Source of the DNA: Cenococcum geophilum
Taxonomy: Eukaryota
Direction: 5' to 3'
Length of the DNA stretch: 64,000 bases
Assembly: GCA_050273025.1 (NCBI GenBank)
Contig: CP158635.1
Location: 31,496,001-31,560,000, forward strand
The position numbers and the translations under genes were made by a program. A model generated the notes under the pieces. It had not been told where the DNA came from. It made no database searches and saw only the letters and a program-made list of their open reading frames with translations. Below are positions 49,063 to 62,675 of the stretch, piece by piece (position 1 is the stretch's first letter; every line of letters starts with the position of its first letter).

Positions 49063-52000
49063 TATTATATTATAATATTTAATTACGCTGTTACGGCTCC
49101 CGTTAGGGTCTATGCAGCGGGTTTATATAGGTATATATATATATATATATAAGAGGGAAACCGTATAGCTAGGGCCGGATAAAACCTCTCCTTTTCTTAT
49201 TATACGGCCTATATAGCCTCTCTTCTAATTAGTAACTGCTAAGCACGAGTAAACGTCTCTTTAAGGCGCTACAGAAAAGCCATCTTAATGCGTACTCCTA
49301 GGTCTATCCGGTAGGGTATATAGCTAGGGCTTAGGTTCTATTCCTAGCTGCTTTAGTTATCTAAGTAGGGTATAAGCCGGTAGCCTATAAGGCTAGTAGT
49401 AGTGTAAAAGATTCCGTCGTTTGTATCTACATTAACGTATATAGCTCTATAACTTGCCAAGTTTTGCTAAGTTCTGCTAGAATGTCAACTTCTACCAAAT
49501 TCTACTAGGTTACTAAATTCTGCCAAATTCTACTAGGTTGCTAACGTTCTGCCAAATTCTATCAGGTTATTAAATTCTGTTAAATTCTACTAAGTTTTAT
49601 TAGGTTACTAAAACTCTGCCAAATTCTATCAGGTTGCCAAAATTTTACTAAATTCTATTAGGTTGCCAAAATTCTACTAAATTCTATTAGGTTGCCCACT
49701 TCTACTAAATTCTGCTAGGTTAACGAGTTCTGCTAAATTCTACTAGGTTGCTAGAGTTCTGCCAACTTCTACTAGATTACTACCCGCAAAATTCTACTAT
49801 ATTCTACTATCCCTACAGTATTTATCCTCCGCCTCTTAAAGCACTTCCTAGCCTCCTCTCTTTACCCTAGCCAGCTCTCTAGCAAATAAGAGGTGCGGTA
49901 AGAGGTTTATCTATATAAACTAGTCCGTATCCACCTTAGCAGCCTTTAGCTTAGTTAGGAGCTCTTTATATAAGGATATTCTAGTATAGTAATATATTTC
50001 CGCCCGGCTAGTAGCGTGCCTAAAGTAAAACACCACTACGTACATCGTTAATTATCGGCTATAGCCGCATAGGTAGGCCAGAGTTAGGTACCCTAGTATT
50101 TTTTAATAGTAGAGGTATCTATTAAGCCCTATATACTTAGTTCTAAGCAGTGTATTAATTATACTCTCTATCTTTATAAGCCTCGCGTAGCATTTAAAGA
50201 CTTCCTTATTCTATAGCTCGGCCTAGGCTATTGTATAGTAGGTAAGCGTGCTCTAGTACTTTTCCTATTCCCTTTTCCACCGCTCCTTAAACGCCTCTTA
50301 TACCCTAGCCCTTCTACTTCTCTTATACTGCGCTTTAGATAAGTCCATTAGTTATATATCTATCCCTAAGATAGCGGCCGCTATCCTCTTAAGCTTATCC
50401 CATCTAGTGGGCCGCATTAGTAGCTTTATTCTAGGCTAGAGTTAGTAGGCTATTGTAGCCCGTATAGTATTACACTCCCTTTTAATATGCTCTTTTGCCG
50501 GTCCTTCTAATATCCTCTCCGCGTAGGCTATAGCTAGCTCTTTAAGGTATATCTAAAGCGGCAGAAACCCCGTCTTATACTCTAGTACTACTATTAGCGT
50601 TAATTTATACGCCCCCGCAATAGTGCGGAGGCATAGGTTCTATGCTACGCCTAGCTAGCGCAGCTTAGTTTTACTTATTTTCTTAGGCTTTATCTACTCC
50701 GGTAGTGAGTACTATATACTATATCTATATAAGATTACCGGCCGGACTACGGCGGAGTATACTATCCGCGCCTTCTGGAAGGAGGCGCCCTATATAAAGG
50801 CCGTAAGCCAGATTAGTGCGGCTATTTAGGTAATCGCCTTCGTCTTAACAATGTTAATATGCGGTCCCTATTTAAGCTTTAAGTTAACCTATACCCCTAA
50901 TACGCGTAGGTTACTAACTAGACCTTCTATAAAGCTATATATATTAAACTTCTTATGGCTCCTTATAAAATGGATAAGGTAGTACTTTTTGGGGGTAAAC
51001 ACTACCCCATGCCGGCGTGCCTACGCCGTGTATACCTTATACGCCCTTTCTATAGTTCTACAGTTCTCCTCTATAGTCTTACTATACGTTAGTATATTAG
51101 AGTCATTGACAAATCTAAATACCGTAGTGGTTTCCCCTTATAGCTCTGGTAAGAGTGTATAGGCAAAAAAGAGGAATAGGATTAGCAACAGCGCTGAGCC
51201 TTAGGGTATACTAGTGTTCGTTTATATTATTTATACCATATATCCTTTAATTAAAAGCCTCGTTATTTAATCCTTAAGGAAGAACTTTATAAACTATACT
51301 ATCTAGTAAGGTACGGCTTAGGCCTTTATATTATAAATTATTCTTTTATAGGAGACTTAGTTAAAGGCCCTAGAAATATTAAGGCTAAGTAATAAGGCTA
51401 CTAGGTTTAGGTTACTCCTCTATACTATATATACCTATTAGGTTAATAGCTCTAGTACTATCTATATTAAGCGCCCCAGCCTTACTTCCATCTAACTAGC
51501 TAGTAGCATACCTATCTCCTCTACAATTTTAGATAGTTAGTTAGCTACTATTCTCTTAAGTAGCTTCCTAATAGTGTTAAGCAGCGCGATTGGCCGGTAG
51601 GCCTTTACCGTAGTATAAGATAGCTTTTACGGTTTCCGGAGGACTACTATAATAGAGTCTTTAAATGGTTTTAGGTAATGTCCAATTGCTATATAGCTAC
51701 TAAAGAGTTTAGCTAGCACTAGGGCTAGCTATTCTCCACACGTTTTAAGGAATTAATTAGTAATCTTCTTTAAACCTAGGGCCTTATTAGGGGCAAGCCC
51801 CTTTAGGGCCGTAATAATGTCCTCCTCCTTAACTACTTCTTTTACTATTCGCGGCTCCGGGTATATAAACCCTAGTATATTACTAAGGTCCGCCTCTACC
51901 GGTAGTAAAAAAAACTGCTCTATAAGGATAGTAGCCTTCTCCTTATTATTATAATGTAGGGTCTCCTCTCCTAGTCTGCTAATAGGAGGAAACTATAATA

Positions 52001-54955
52001 GGGCCTTTAGCTTCCCGTCCGCTATACGCGCCCATTTTGCCATCCTCTATATCCCCTTAGGGTTATTTATTAACTTTTTAACAGTCCTCCTCTATAGCTT
52101 ATTAGCCTTTCGTTAGATTACCCTTTTCTTCTTATTCTATGCAACTTTATAGTTAATTTAGTTAGGTATTAACTAAAAGACCTTTTACGCCTAAAAGGCC
52201 TATTAGGTTTCCTTTACTACTTTTATATATTTCTCTAACTATACTTTAAAGGCTTACAGCGAGGGCCGCGCGTTAGGTACTGTTTTTGCTATAGTATTCT
52301 TAATTACCTAGTATATAGCCTTTACTAGCGCGTCTAGTTTATCTCTTATATTGCACGGAAGTCTATATAAGGGCTAGAGTCGGCCCTTTAGCTCGCTCTA
52401 TACTACCTTATAATTAGCCTTCTTCTATAGCGGTCTCCTGGGTAAGGGGGGCCCCTTTAACGTCTCTACGTCCACCTCCATAATAATAGGAAAGTAGTTG
52501 GACCCTATATACCAGCGGTCTTATCTTTAACTTTATAGTAGCCTATTAGTAATCTAGAAGAAGGTAAACACTAAGTCTAGCGTGCTCCTTAATATACTCT
52601 TTACCCACGTCTCCATGCCCACCTTAGTGGCTAGGCTTAGGCCGGCTACCTCTATAGCGCGGATAAGGTTATCTACCGCGTTATCCGTATATGTTACTGT
52701 TACACCCCCCTAAAAGGGGTGGTGTAGATTAAAATTATCTAACAGTATATATTCTCCTTTGGCCCTTAGTAGCTCCGATAGCACACAGATACTACTATTC
52801 GTCTATTAGGGGTTATAGATATTATAAATCTGGATAGTCCTCTCGCAGCCCTCTGGCTTAATTATATATACGTCCACTAAGTAGTATATAGGCGCCTACT
52901 TGTTTATGTTAATAGCCTTATTTATATAGAAGCAGACCCTTATATTGCCTACTCCCGCGTATACTAGGTAGTAGGATTTTATAGTATATATCGTATTTCC
53001 TTAGTCCCTCTGCTATAGCTTCTAAATAGCTAATATATCCAGTTAGGGGTCCGCCTGCTCTACCTCTTATAGAAAGTAGAGCAGTACACTATTCCTACTG
53101 TTATTGGTATTATATTATATAATTATAAGTGTTTTCCGGTATCTTAATATAAGAAATCTATACTGGCCTCTAAGTTAGCTAAGTCGGTACCCTTTAGCGT
53201 CCGTTTACTTCCTTATGACATAGTTTTAGAGCCTCTAGATGCCTCTCTCCGGATCTAGGCTTCTGCTTCCACCTCTATATTAAACTCCGTATTTAATAGG
53301 GGCTCTTAAGTTACTAGGATTTAAATTAGGGCGTATATACTACTATATAGTGCTATTTAGAGTATTAATTAGAGGGTCCTCTAACCCATTTCCTTCCTAA
53401 AATAATTAAAAGTCTACGGCCGGCCGACCTTCTAGGGGGCTTCCTCTGCCTATATAGAGCTCTCTTACGTAACTATCTCCTTTAGCTTCCTTTTCTTAGC
53501 TCATTATAAGGCCTCCTTAGTAGTAATCTCGTACTATAATTATAATTGCTGTCCGCTTGTAGGTGCCTTATGGGTGCCTATATAGTATATTAGCGTATAG
53601 GCCCTAATTGCTACAGCCTTCTCCTACTATATCCGCTTAATACTACACGCCTTATTCCATGCCTTATAGTCTGCTTTATAGTTAATACACTTTTTAGGTA
53701 GGTCTTCTGTATATTCGCTAGTATTATATTACCTAGCGCAGCGTTCGCATCTAGCTTCTCTCCTATAACTCTTAGCTATATAGTTAAAGCCTTAGCATTT
53801 AAAGCACTGCGTTACTAGAAACGTTATCTTATACCTTATAACTAGGTAATAGTCTCCTCCTAGAAAGAGGCCCTAATTAAATAGCGTATTTACTAACTCT
53901 TCTAACTATATACCCATAATAAGTAACGATTTAACCTTTTATCCCGTTTAGACTCTTCCTGGCCTTTTTTACGCCAGCCTTTCTACTATAAGCCCCGCTA
54001 TAGTACAGTTCTGCTTTATTATATCTTCTATTATCTGCTTAGCCTCTAGGCCTTAGATGGCGAGGCTTATAGGTACCACGTAGACCTCTACTAGTACTAG
54101 CGGAATAGCTAGTATAGTAGAGCGTCTAAGGACCTTTATCTACTTTATTTCTTATAGCAACCTATCTTTTACTTCTATATCCGTAATATACGCCCTAACG
54201 TCACCGCTTTGTAACTTCTTTACGGCCTGTATCCTATGGGTGTCTAAGGGTCCTACGGCCTAGAGTTTATATACTAGGGCTTGGCTATTCTGCTTTAAGG
54301 TTTCCTTATAGTTAGCGGCGTCGCCTATACGGATTATAATCTTATATACTTCTATAGGTTTGTAGGCAACTTATTTTATAGCTTAGGGCATTATAGGTAT
54401 AGTAGTAGTGACGTGTACGTATGACAGCGGGCCTATAGACGTCGGTCCGCTCTTTATAGCTATTGTTACGGCCTATCTAAGGGCGCTAATATCTATCCGG
54501 ATTACCTTTATATTCTAGGCATATTGCTCTTAGGTTCCTTAGGTCTAAATAAGCTCCGTTAACGTGGCGAAGGCTATTTAGAGGGTTGTAATCGCGGTAG
54601 TAAGGAAGGAGAGCATAGTAGAGCGCTCCTCGTCTGTATTAAGAGATCGTTTCTATAGTACCTACTAGGTTTATTCTGCGGTTTATATAGTTTATAGGAC
54701 GCGTTCTTAAAAGGCGCGCTGTTCAATTAGGGTAGTTGGGGTGGTTAGGGTTATTGGGGTTAGGGGTTTGTTTGTTTGTTATAATCTGGCTTTAGGGGCT
54801 ATATATTAGAAAACACCACATATACCTCCACTAACGCCGAATTAGGGTGTGTGGTTTTAATAGGAAGGGTTTCTATAGTCCTCTAGAGCTCGTAGGAGCT
54901 CTATTAGGCTTATTTCGTAGGTTTCTTTAGCAGGCGACTGCATTGTGGTTGTTAA
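49063..54955 (-). mobile_element. Tad1-like LINE (non-LTR retrotransposon): ORF1 with three CCHC knuckles, ORF2 APE endonuclease plus RT; 18-bp tandem array in the 3' UTR (about 49455-49810)
   Basis: QCFKC*GFN..., CERCA..., KCIN...KAC at 53645-53815. DNFNLHHPF (52712-52740), GSNYFP (about 52490), GIP*GS (about 51200), FVND (=FVDD, about 51105). Probable TSD ATAATATATATA (49051-49062 and 54956-54967). Confidence 0.9.
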
Positions 54956-56142
54956 ATAATATATATAATATATATAAAATTTAAAAAAAAAATAATAATA
55001 ATTGGAAGTACCCTATAAGAATATATTGGGCGCTAGATAAGTAATAATATAGAAATACTAAGTATATACACAAATAGCATCTAGTAGAAGTTTAGAAGTT
55101 AAAAAACTTAATACTTTAATAAAAAAAATCCTTATAAAAGAATACTTAAAAGGATAATAGTAATAGAAATGCTTAGAGAATATATATCTATAGTATATAG
55201 AGAATAAAAAGTAAACTAGGTATTAGCTAAAGAATAAACTAAGTATATAAGGATCTAGCAGCTAATAGTTAGGAAAAGTAGAGGCCTATAAAACTAAAGG
55301 GAGCTAGTAGTAGAGCCTTAGACCCTTAAAGGAATTTAAGAATAACACCTAAATTTATAAGTTAATTAGTAAGATTAATAGTTTAAAGTATTAATAGATA
55401 GTAGAGCAATAAGGAACTATATCTTACTAATAGTAGTAAAATAGATAGGACTACCTTATAAACAGAAGGAGTTCTTTTACCTATTAGTTATAATTTTAGG
55501 AGATCTAATAGCCTATAGAGAAGGCATTATTAATCTTTAAATAGGACCTATTTAGATAACTATTAAAGGAAGACAAATTAAAATGTTTTCTAATATTCTA
55601 CTATTAGGACGTAACAAGGCAGTATTAGGCATACTTTAGTTATAGAAATATAATTTAAAGATTAATTAGATTATAGGTTAGGTTAATATTAAAGATACTT
55701 AGTAACGTAAAATATAATAATAGACTAAGTTAGTATAGTATTAAGTTGGAGTAATATATAAGGAGACTAAGTAAGGCTTAAGTTATATACTAAAGAGATA
55801 CTATAAGTATAACAAAAAGCTATAGAGCCTAAAAAGTAAAAAGCTAATAAATTATATAATATAGGACTATAAAATAGAGTTAGAACTAGGAATAAGTCTA
55901 AAGTTCTTTCTAACCTATAAGCTTACTTAAGAGGAGTTAAAAGCACTTAAGAAGTTTATTTAGGAAACCCTATAAAAGGGATATATTAGACTATTATAGT
56001 TATTAGCGAGATATTTAGTACTATTTATACTAAAGAAGAACGGAAAACTTAGGTTATACATTAACTATAAATAGTTAAATAGTATTATTTAGAAGGATAG
56101 GTATCCTTTACCCTTAATTAATAAAATCTAAAATAGAATAGG

Positions 56143-56460
56143 TGTAAGCTTTGCAGTGTGGGAGAATTGCATAAGCGACTTGATTGTAAATCTATGGAAA
56201 TCAAGGATACTATATACAAGAAATAGGTGGCTAAGGTTGTCGGCGATACCGACGATGATTTGTAATTGTTACTCAATTGCCACAAGGTCGCCATTACCAC
56301 AAGGTCGGTGATAGGTAATAAATAGGTAATAGAAACAATTGATAGGTAGACATCAAAGACAGGGGTAATACAGTAATAAGACATATGATGGCAAGAGGCA
56401 TATGAGTCAAGAAACGGGTGGTGAGTCGTAGGGTGAGGCGAACCTCGGTAGTCGGTTACA
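56143..56460. mobile_element. Solo LTR (318 bp), little RIP, in the RT of A2
   Basis: TGTAA...TTACA termini and a perfect ATAGG TSD. Confidence 0.9.
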
Positions 56461-56935
56461 ATAGGTAATGCGTAAATCTTTATAAAGATAGATCTAAGAT
56501 AGGTGTACCATTAGATTAGAATTAAGGAAGGTAATAAATAAAAGGCAGCCTTTAGATTAAAGGAAGAATTATATAAACTATTAGTTATATAATTTAGGTT
56601 AACAAATATACTAGTAATATTTTAAAAGAAAATTAATAGTATATTAGGAGAACACCTTAATATTATTATTATCTACTTAATAACTAAGGAAGAATATAGG
56701 GAATATATTAAATGGGTTTTAAAGAGACTATAAGAAGAACAGATACTAGTAGCAATTAAAAAATGCGAGTTTTTTTAATATAAAAGACCGATTTTATTAA
56801 ATTTATTATTAAACTAGGTTATATTAGTATGGACCTAAAGAAAATTAAGGCTATAGTAAGTTAGCAAGAACCGGAGAATATAATATAGTTAAAGTTATTT
56901 TTAGGGGTTTATAACTACTATAGAAGGTTTATAGC

Positions 56936-57128
56936 TGTTCGTACTAACTTAATAGCACGAGTGAGTTATATCCCGGGGCACGAAATACGTATAGTATCGT
57001 ATGCTCTTTGGGATGGTGGTGACTTATTCTTCTAATCGTACATGAAGAGGTAGAATTTAAGGGGTTTCCTGAGCTCGCTTAGCTCACGTGATTGCGACCA
57101 TAAATTCCCATTCGAACTCGTTCAGACA
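56936..57128. mobile_element. Solo LTR (193 bp), little RIP, in pol of A2
   Basis: TGTT...GACA termini and a perfect ATAGC TSD. The empty site is visible in A1 at about 11-20. Confidence 0.88.
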
Positions 57129-58927
57129 ATAGCATAGTAGTTAAAGAATATTAAACCCTTTACTAGACTTATAAAGAAAGAGAAACTATAGATTTAGGGA
57201 AATAAGTAATGAGAGTTATTTAAGAAACTTAAGGAGTTATTTATCTAGGAGTTAATCCTTAAAATTGATTAACTAGGACTAGACAAGTTTATAAAAATAG
57301 ATATATTAGACTTTATACTAAGAGCATACTTATTATAAAGGCATAAGAATATATAGCATCTAGTAGTATACTATAGTCGGAAGATAACACTACTAAAATT
57401 AAACTATAATATTTATAATAAAGAGTTATTAGGTATAGTTACAGCATTAAAGGAATAAAGAGCATTTTTATAAGGCGTAGAAAAACTATTTATAGTTAAG
57501 ATAGACTATAAGAACTTAACGGGGTTTATAATAATAAAAGAACTTAACTATAGATAGGTTAAATAGGCAGAGATACGTATAGAATACTATTTTAAGATTT
57601 AGTATATTAAAGGAACTAAAAATATAAGGGTAGACTTACTAAGTAAAAAGACTAAATTATAGAATAATAAGAAACTATTAAGAGTAATACTACGCAGAGA
57701 TAACGATTAATTAATTAGGTATAATTACCCTAAGCTAGTAGTAACTTAAGAGGAAAAAGAACTAGGAAGAGTCTATAAAATACTAAAAAGCTTTTAGGTA
57801 TAAAAGATTTTAAAAGTATAACTAGAAGATCTATAGATAGATATATATAAAAATTAAGAAGTAAAGTATATTCTAAAGAGTATAGCAGAGTATTTTGTGG
57901 AAGATTTCTATAAAGAAATAACTTAAGGATATAATAGAGTAATAGGCTTAGTATTAAGACTTTAGGAAGAATATATTATTAATAAAATCTAAAGTATAGC
58001 TAGAAAAGTAATAAAAGAGTATTTAAATTACTAAAGAAATAAACTAATAAGGTATAAGCTATATAGAGGGCTATAACCTATTAAAATACTAGAAGACTAT
58101 AGGAAGTTATATTATAGGACTTTATTATTAAGTTATTAAAGTTAAGAAATCCTATTACTAGATAAAAGTATAACGTAATTTTAGTAATAATAGATAAGTT
58201 AACTAAATAAGGCTACTTTATAGCATGTATAAAAGAAATCCTAGTAAAAGATATTACTAAAATTTATATTAAAGAAGTATTTATAAGATATAGAGTACTA
58301 AGTAAAATTATATTAGATAGAGATTTAAATTTTATAATAGTATTTTAAAAGGTATTCTTAGCGGAATAAGGAGTTAAAGTAGTAACTTTTAATATATATT
58401 ATTTATAGATAGATAAATAAATAGAAAGATTAAATTAGACACTAAAATAGTATTTAAGGCACTATATTAATTATATATAGAATAATTAGGTATTACTATT
58501 ACTAGTTATATAGTTTATGTATAATATAATACTATAAAAAGGAATAAGTATATTACTATTTAAGGCAAATTACGGATATAAGCTAAAAAAAGTATTATTA
58601 CTATAGTAAGTAAAGAAAATAAGTAATATAGTTAAAGAAAAAATAAAGAAATTAATAAATCTTTATATAGACCTTATAGAATTAGTAAAAATAGTATAAA
58701 AGAAAATAAAAAGATACTATAACGCTAAGAGATTTAAGGAACTAGATCTTAAGGAGGGGGATAAAGCATAGCTACTATATAAAAATTTTAAGAGTTAATA
58801 ACTAGGTAAGAAATTGGACTATATTAAACTAGGACCTTTTAAAATTATATAAAGGATTTTACCGGTTATATTTAAGTTAGACCTACTAGCTAAGATAAAG
58901 ATCTACCCTATATAGTATATTATAATA

Positions 58928-59054
58928 TATAAGGTGATAAGCTCCGCACTACTTAGCCATATAAACCTACAAAAGGTAAACGAGTAACTGGCTTAATGCT
59001 AGACACAGCTATGCAGAACAATATATATAAGTAAGGTAACTTCATTACCTAATA
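58928..59054. mobile_element. Short (about 127 bp) solo-LTR-like insertion in A2
   Basis: Absent from the homologous position in A1 (about 1805). TATAAGGTGAT...ATTACCTAATA ends with an AATA duplication. Confidence 0.6.
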
Positions 59055-59299
59055 AATATTAAAGCTAATATAGAGGAATATTAAGCTATTAATTTATAAA
59101 GTAGATATATATAGAGAATAAGAAGAACATAAATAGTAAGTTTTAAAGATTATTAGTTATAAGGATATTAATAATAAAATATAGTATAAGGTAAAGTAAA
59201 TAGGCTATACTAAAACTACCTAGAAACTACTATAGAATTTAAAAAAACGCTATAAAAAAGGTATAAGAGTATTAAAAGAGAATGGGTTAGGTAATATTA

Positions 59300-59911
59300 A
59301 AAGGAGCTAAAGATAAAAGGATTAGTTAAAGGTAATAGACAAGCCGGATTATCTAAGGGATCTACTGCTAGCGTATAAACTATTTTCGCCTCTTTTTAAT
59401 TAGAATTCTTTTTAGCCTTTTTAGCCTTAAGCTTAAATAGACCTTATTCTACTAAATATAACTCCTTTAAGTATACCTTTTTATAGACCTTTATTAGACG
59501 GCTTAGGCAAGTATAAGTATTTAATTAAGCTTTTAGAATCTAAAACGCCTTATTAAAATGATGCTAAACCTTAATAAGGGCCTTAGCTAGCTTACTCTTT
59601 AATTTTTTAGCTATTACTAATACGTAAGATCTTAAGGTAAATTAGATAAAAAAAACTAAACGGTTATAAAGGATAATAAAACGCGTATACTTAACGTTAA
59701 AAATAGATTAAATATTATAAAATAATTATATATTTACTTTCGTATACTTAGTATAGAAGGAAGGTTAATAACAAAATAAAGCCGTAATTATAACGTATAT
59801 TAACTTCTTTTCCGCGTAATAAGAATAGGATAGTATAACTTTACTAAGTAAAAGGATAAACGTTACTAGCTAATTATAATAATTATATATAAAAGATCTA
59901 ATAGGAGGTAT
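59300..59911 (-). pseudogene. Antisense Zn(II)2Cys6-like plus coiled-coil accessory gene of family A (copy 2)
   Basis: Same TAY spacing (x2, x6, x13, x2, x8) and same intron position as copies 1 and 3. The 3' end is approximate. Confidence 0.7.
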
Positions 59912-62675
59912 TAGGAATAATAAAGGTTATTAAATTAAAAATAGGAATACTATACCTCTAATAAATAACTTAAAAATAGGAGATATCTTTAAGAACAAAA
60001 ATAAAGAGGGGGATAGTGTTATGGACCTTATATTAGCAGTAGTATAACTACTAAAAAGAGATATAAATAGGTTAGTTAAGATAGTATAGGAGGCGCTAGA
60101 ACCAATTAAGCTATAGGATAAAGGGTAACTAAGTTATATAGCTAGTTATATTATAAGTTTAGAATATAGAAATATAGGAATATAGGAATGTAATATACTA
60201 ACATACTTAGTATATTTCTTAGGCGCAGTATTATATATTTAAAGGACTATAGTCCCTACTTAGATAGTTCTCTTCTTTATAGTAAATCTTAGAATATAAT
60301 TAGAGTTAATCTATTAAGTAACTACTCCACTAGTTATATTTACGTTGTTAACTATTCTATACCTATATACCCGGCCCATTAATAAGTCTTCTATAGTATT
60401 TCCTATAAGGCTTCGTTACACATTTAACCGCCTTTATATTACTAAAGGAGATAAATAGCTTTCTACGTTCCATATCCAGTATAGATTATTTAAATACTTA
60501 ATAATACTATTTAGCCTTATAAAACGCCCTAAGCTTGTTTTAGCATTACGTAAATAATACCTTATATCTCTATTAGATATCTTTTATACTGCGTATATTA
60601 ATAACATTCTAATATATAGTAATAACCTAACTAAATACCAGAAATGCGTTATCTTATTCAATAAGCCCTATAAAGAGCTAGCCTATAATTAAATATAAAT
60701 AAATATAAATTCTATAAAATAGAAGTCCTATACCTTAGTCTTTTTATTTCTATAAATAGTATATAAATAGACCTAAAGAATGTTAAAGTAATTATACACT
60801 AGTAAAAACCTAAAAATATTAAGAATATAAGAGCCTTTATAGAATTTGCCAATTTCTACTAATAGTTTATTAGTAACTTCTCTGCCCTAGTTTTACTCCT
60901 TAAGCTCTAACCTAAAAGGATAAAGCCTTTATCTTTAATAAGAAATATAAGAAGGCTTTTACTTATTTAAAGGTTATATTTACAACTACGTATATACTTT
61001 AACACTTTAACCTAAACTAAATAAGTATTATAAAAGCTAATTTATCTAACTATATAGCTAGAGGTATTCTATCTTAATATAATAAGAATAGAGTATTGCG
61101 CCTTATGGTATTCTTTTTAAAATAATTAAACTTAGCTAAATATAACTCTAAGATCTACAATAATAAATTACTAGCTATTATTAGATACCTTAAATAATAG
61201 TAGTCTAAACTAAAAGGCGCCAGATTTCTAATTAAGGTCCTTAGCAACTATAAGAATTTATAGTACTTTATAACTATAAAATAGCTAAGCTATTATTAGG
61301 CCCGTTAATTAGAATATTTATTTTATTTCTAATTCTTAATTATATACTACCTAGGCATCTAAGGCTAGAAGCCTAATACTTTAACCTAACGCTTGCAAGA
61401 CGCACTAGTATTAGAAAAAGCGCGCTCTTACTAAAATTAGACCCTATTTTACCCTAAACTATTTAATCTATCTACTAAAGATCTTATAGTATACATCCTT
61501 AAAATAACTAATTAATAAATTAAATAGATTATAGTTAATAAATATCTAAATAATAAGTTTATTTAAGAGACGCTTAAGCTAATATAAGATAGTATTAGAT
61601 GCTCTAAAAGAGTTTCCTTAAGTAAATATAAAGCTTATAGAGACCGCTTATACTATTAAAACCGTTTAGTTATACCTAATTATAACAAACTTAAGTTTAA
61701 GCTCCTTAAATATATATATATAACCTACTAGTAGCTAGCCACCTAAGCTAAGAAAAAAACCCTAAAACTGCTCTAATAAAAATACTATTAGCCAAATATA
61801 TATAATATAACGCAAATGTATATCTTTAGCTGCTATATCTACTAATGAGCTAAAGCTTTATATAAGACGTATAATGGCCTTCTAAAGGTATTACCTGTCC
61901 TAGATAGAAGATAGAAGGATATCTTAATTAACTTTATTATTAATCTCCCTATAAGTAAAGGCTATATAAATATTATAGTAGTTATAGACTAACTATCTAA
62001 GATAAGACACTTAATCGCCTACCCTAATATATTAATACTTACTATTGCCTAGCTATTCCTAAATTATATATAAAAACTCTACAGACTCCCTAAAACGATT
62101 ATCTCCAATAAAGGTAGCTAGTTTATCTCTATATTTAAAAAAAATAACTACCTAACTCCATATCAAAGTACTATTATTTATAGTATATTACCTAAAAGTG
62201 GATAGTTAAACGGAATATATAAATACTATAATAAAATAGTATATTCGGATATATATATTATATTTATAAAATAACTAGATTAACTAGCTTATATTTGCTA
62301 AGTTTACTATAAATAATTCTATTTTAGAAACTATAAAGGTCTCTCTATTTCTAGTTAACTACGGCTAGTATTTATAAATAGGTTTTAAACCCTTTAGTAA
62401 TATTCCTCGCCTCGCTTATTACGTCTTCTAAGTTATAAAAGTAAATAAATTTATAGAGAAAATAGAGGAACTATAACAGTTTTTTATTAATAAAATAATA
62501 TAGGCCTAATCTGTTTATAAAGCCGCAGCGAGTAAGAAATAAACGCTAGTACTAGCTTACTAAATTAGTAACTTTGTCTGGCTAGATATAAGAAATCTAA
62601 ATATAAAATAACCTACTAAAAAACTTAATTAGAAGAACGCTGGCCCTTATAGGGTTATAAAAGTTATTTCCTTTT

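Larger units (their letters stand above)
46053..60420 (+). mobile_element. Full-length family-A Gypsy (copy A2; LTRs 46053-46472 and 60017-60420) containing a LINE and three solo LTRs
   Basis: Paired LTRs, TSD TATTT/CATTT (46048-46052 and 60421-60425), PPT at about 60003-60016. Gag from about 46512, protease LIDSRA about 55391, RT, RNase H, integrase, chromodomain. Confidence 0.92.
44985..62675 (+). mobile_element. Second, 5'-truncated family-C Gypsy (44985-46052 and 60421-62675), split by A2 and ended by A3
   Basis: Colinear with 28670-30150, then with 30150-31400 and 39145-40145. It lacks the D insertion, so it shows the empty site at about 61670. Confidence 0.88.

Noticed and set aside
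49455..49810. CRISPR-like repeat array (also 7588-7665, 29170-29425, 42080-42175)
   Set aside because: Simple degenerate tandem units without unique spacers, inside eukaryotic retroelements.
56118..56384. 88-aa ORF
   Set aside because: It lies within a solo LTR and crosses its boundary; most likely a chance frame.
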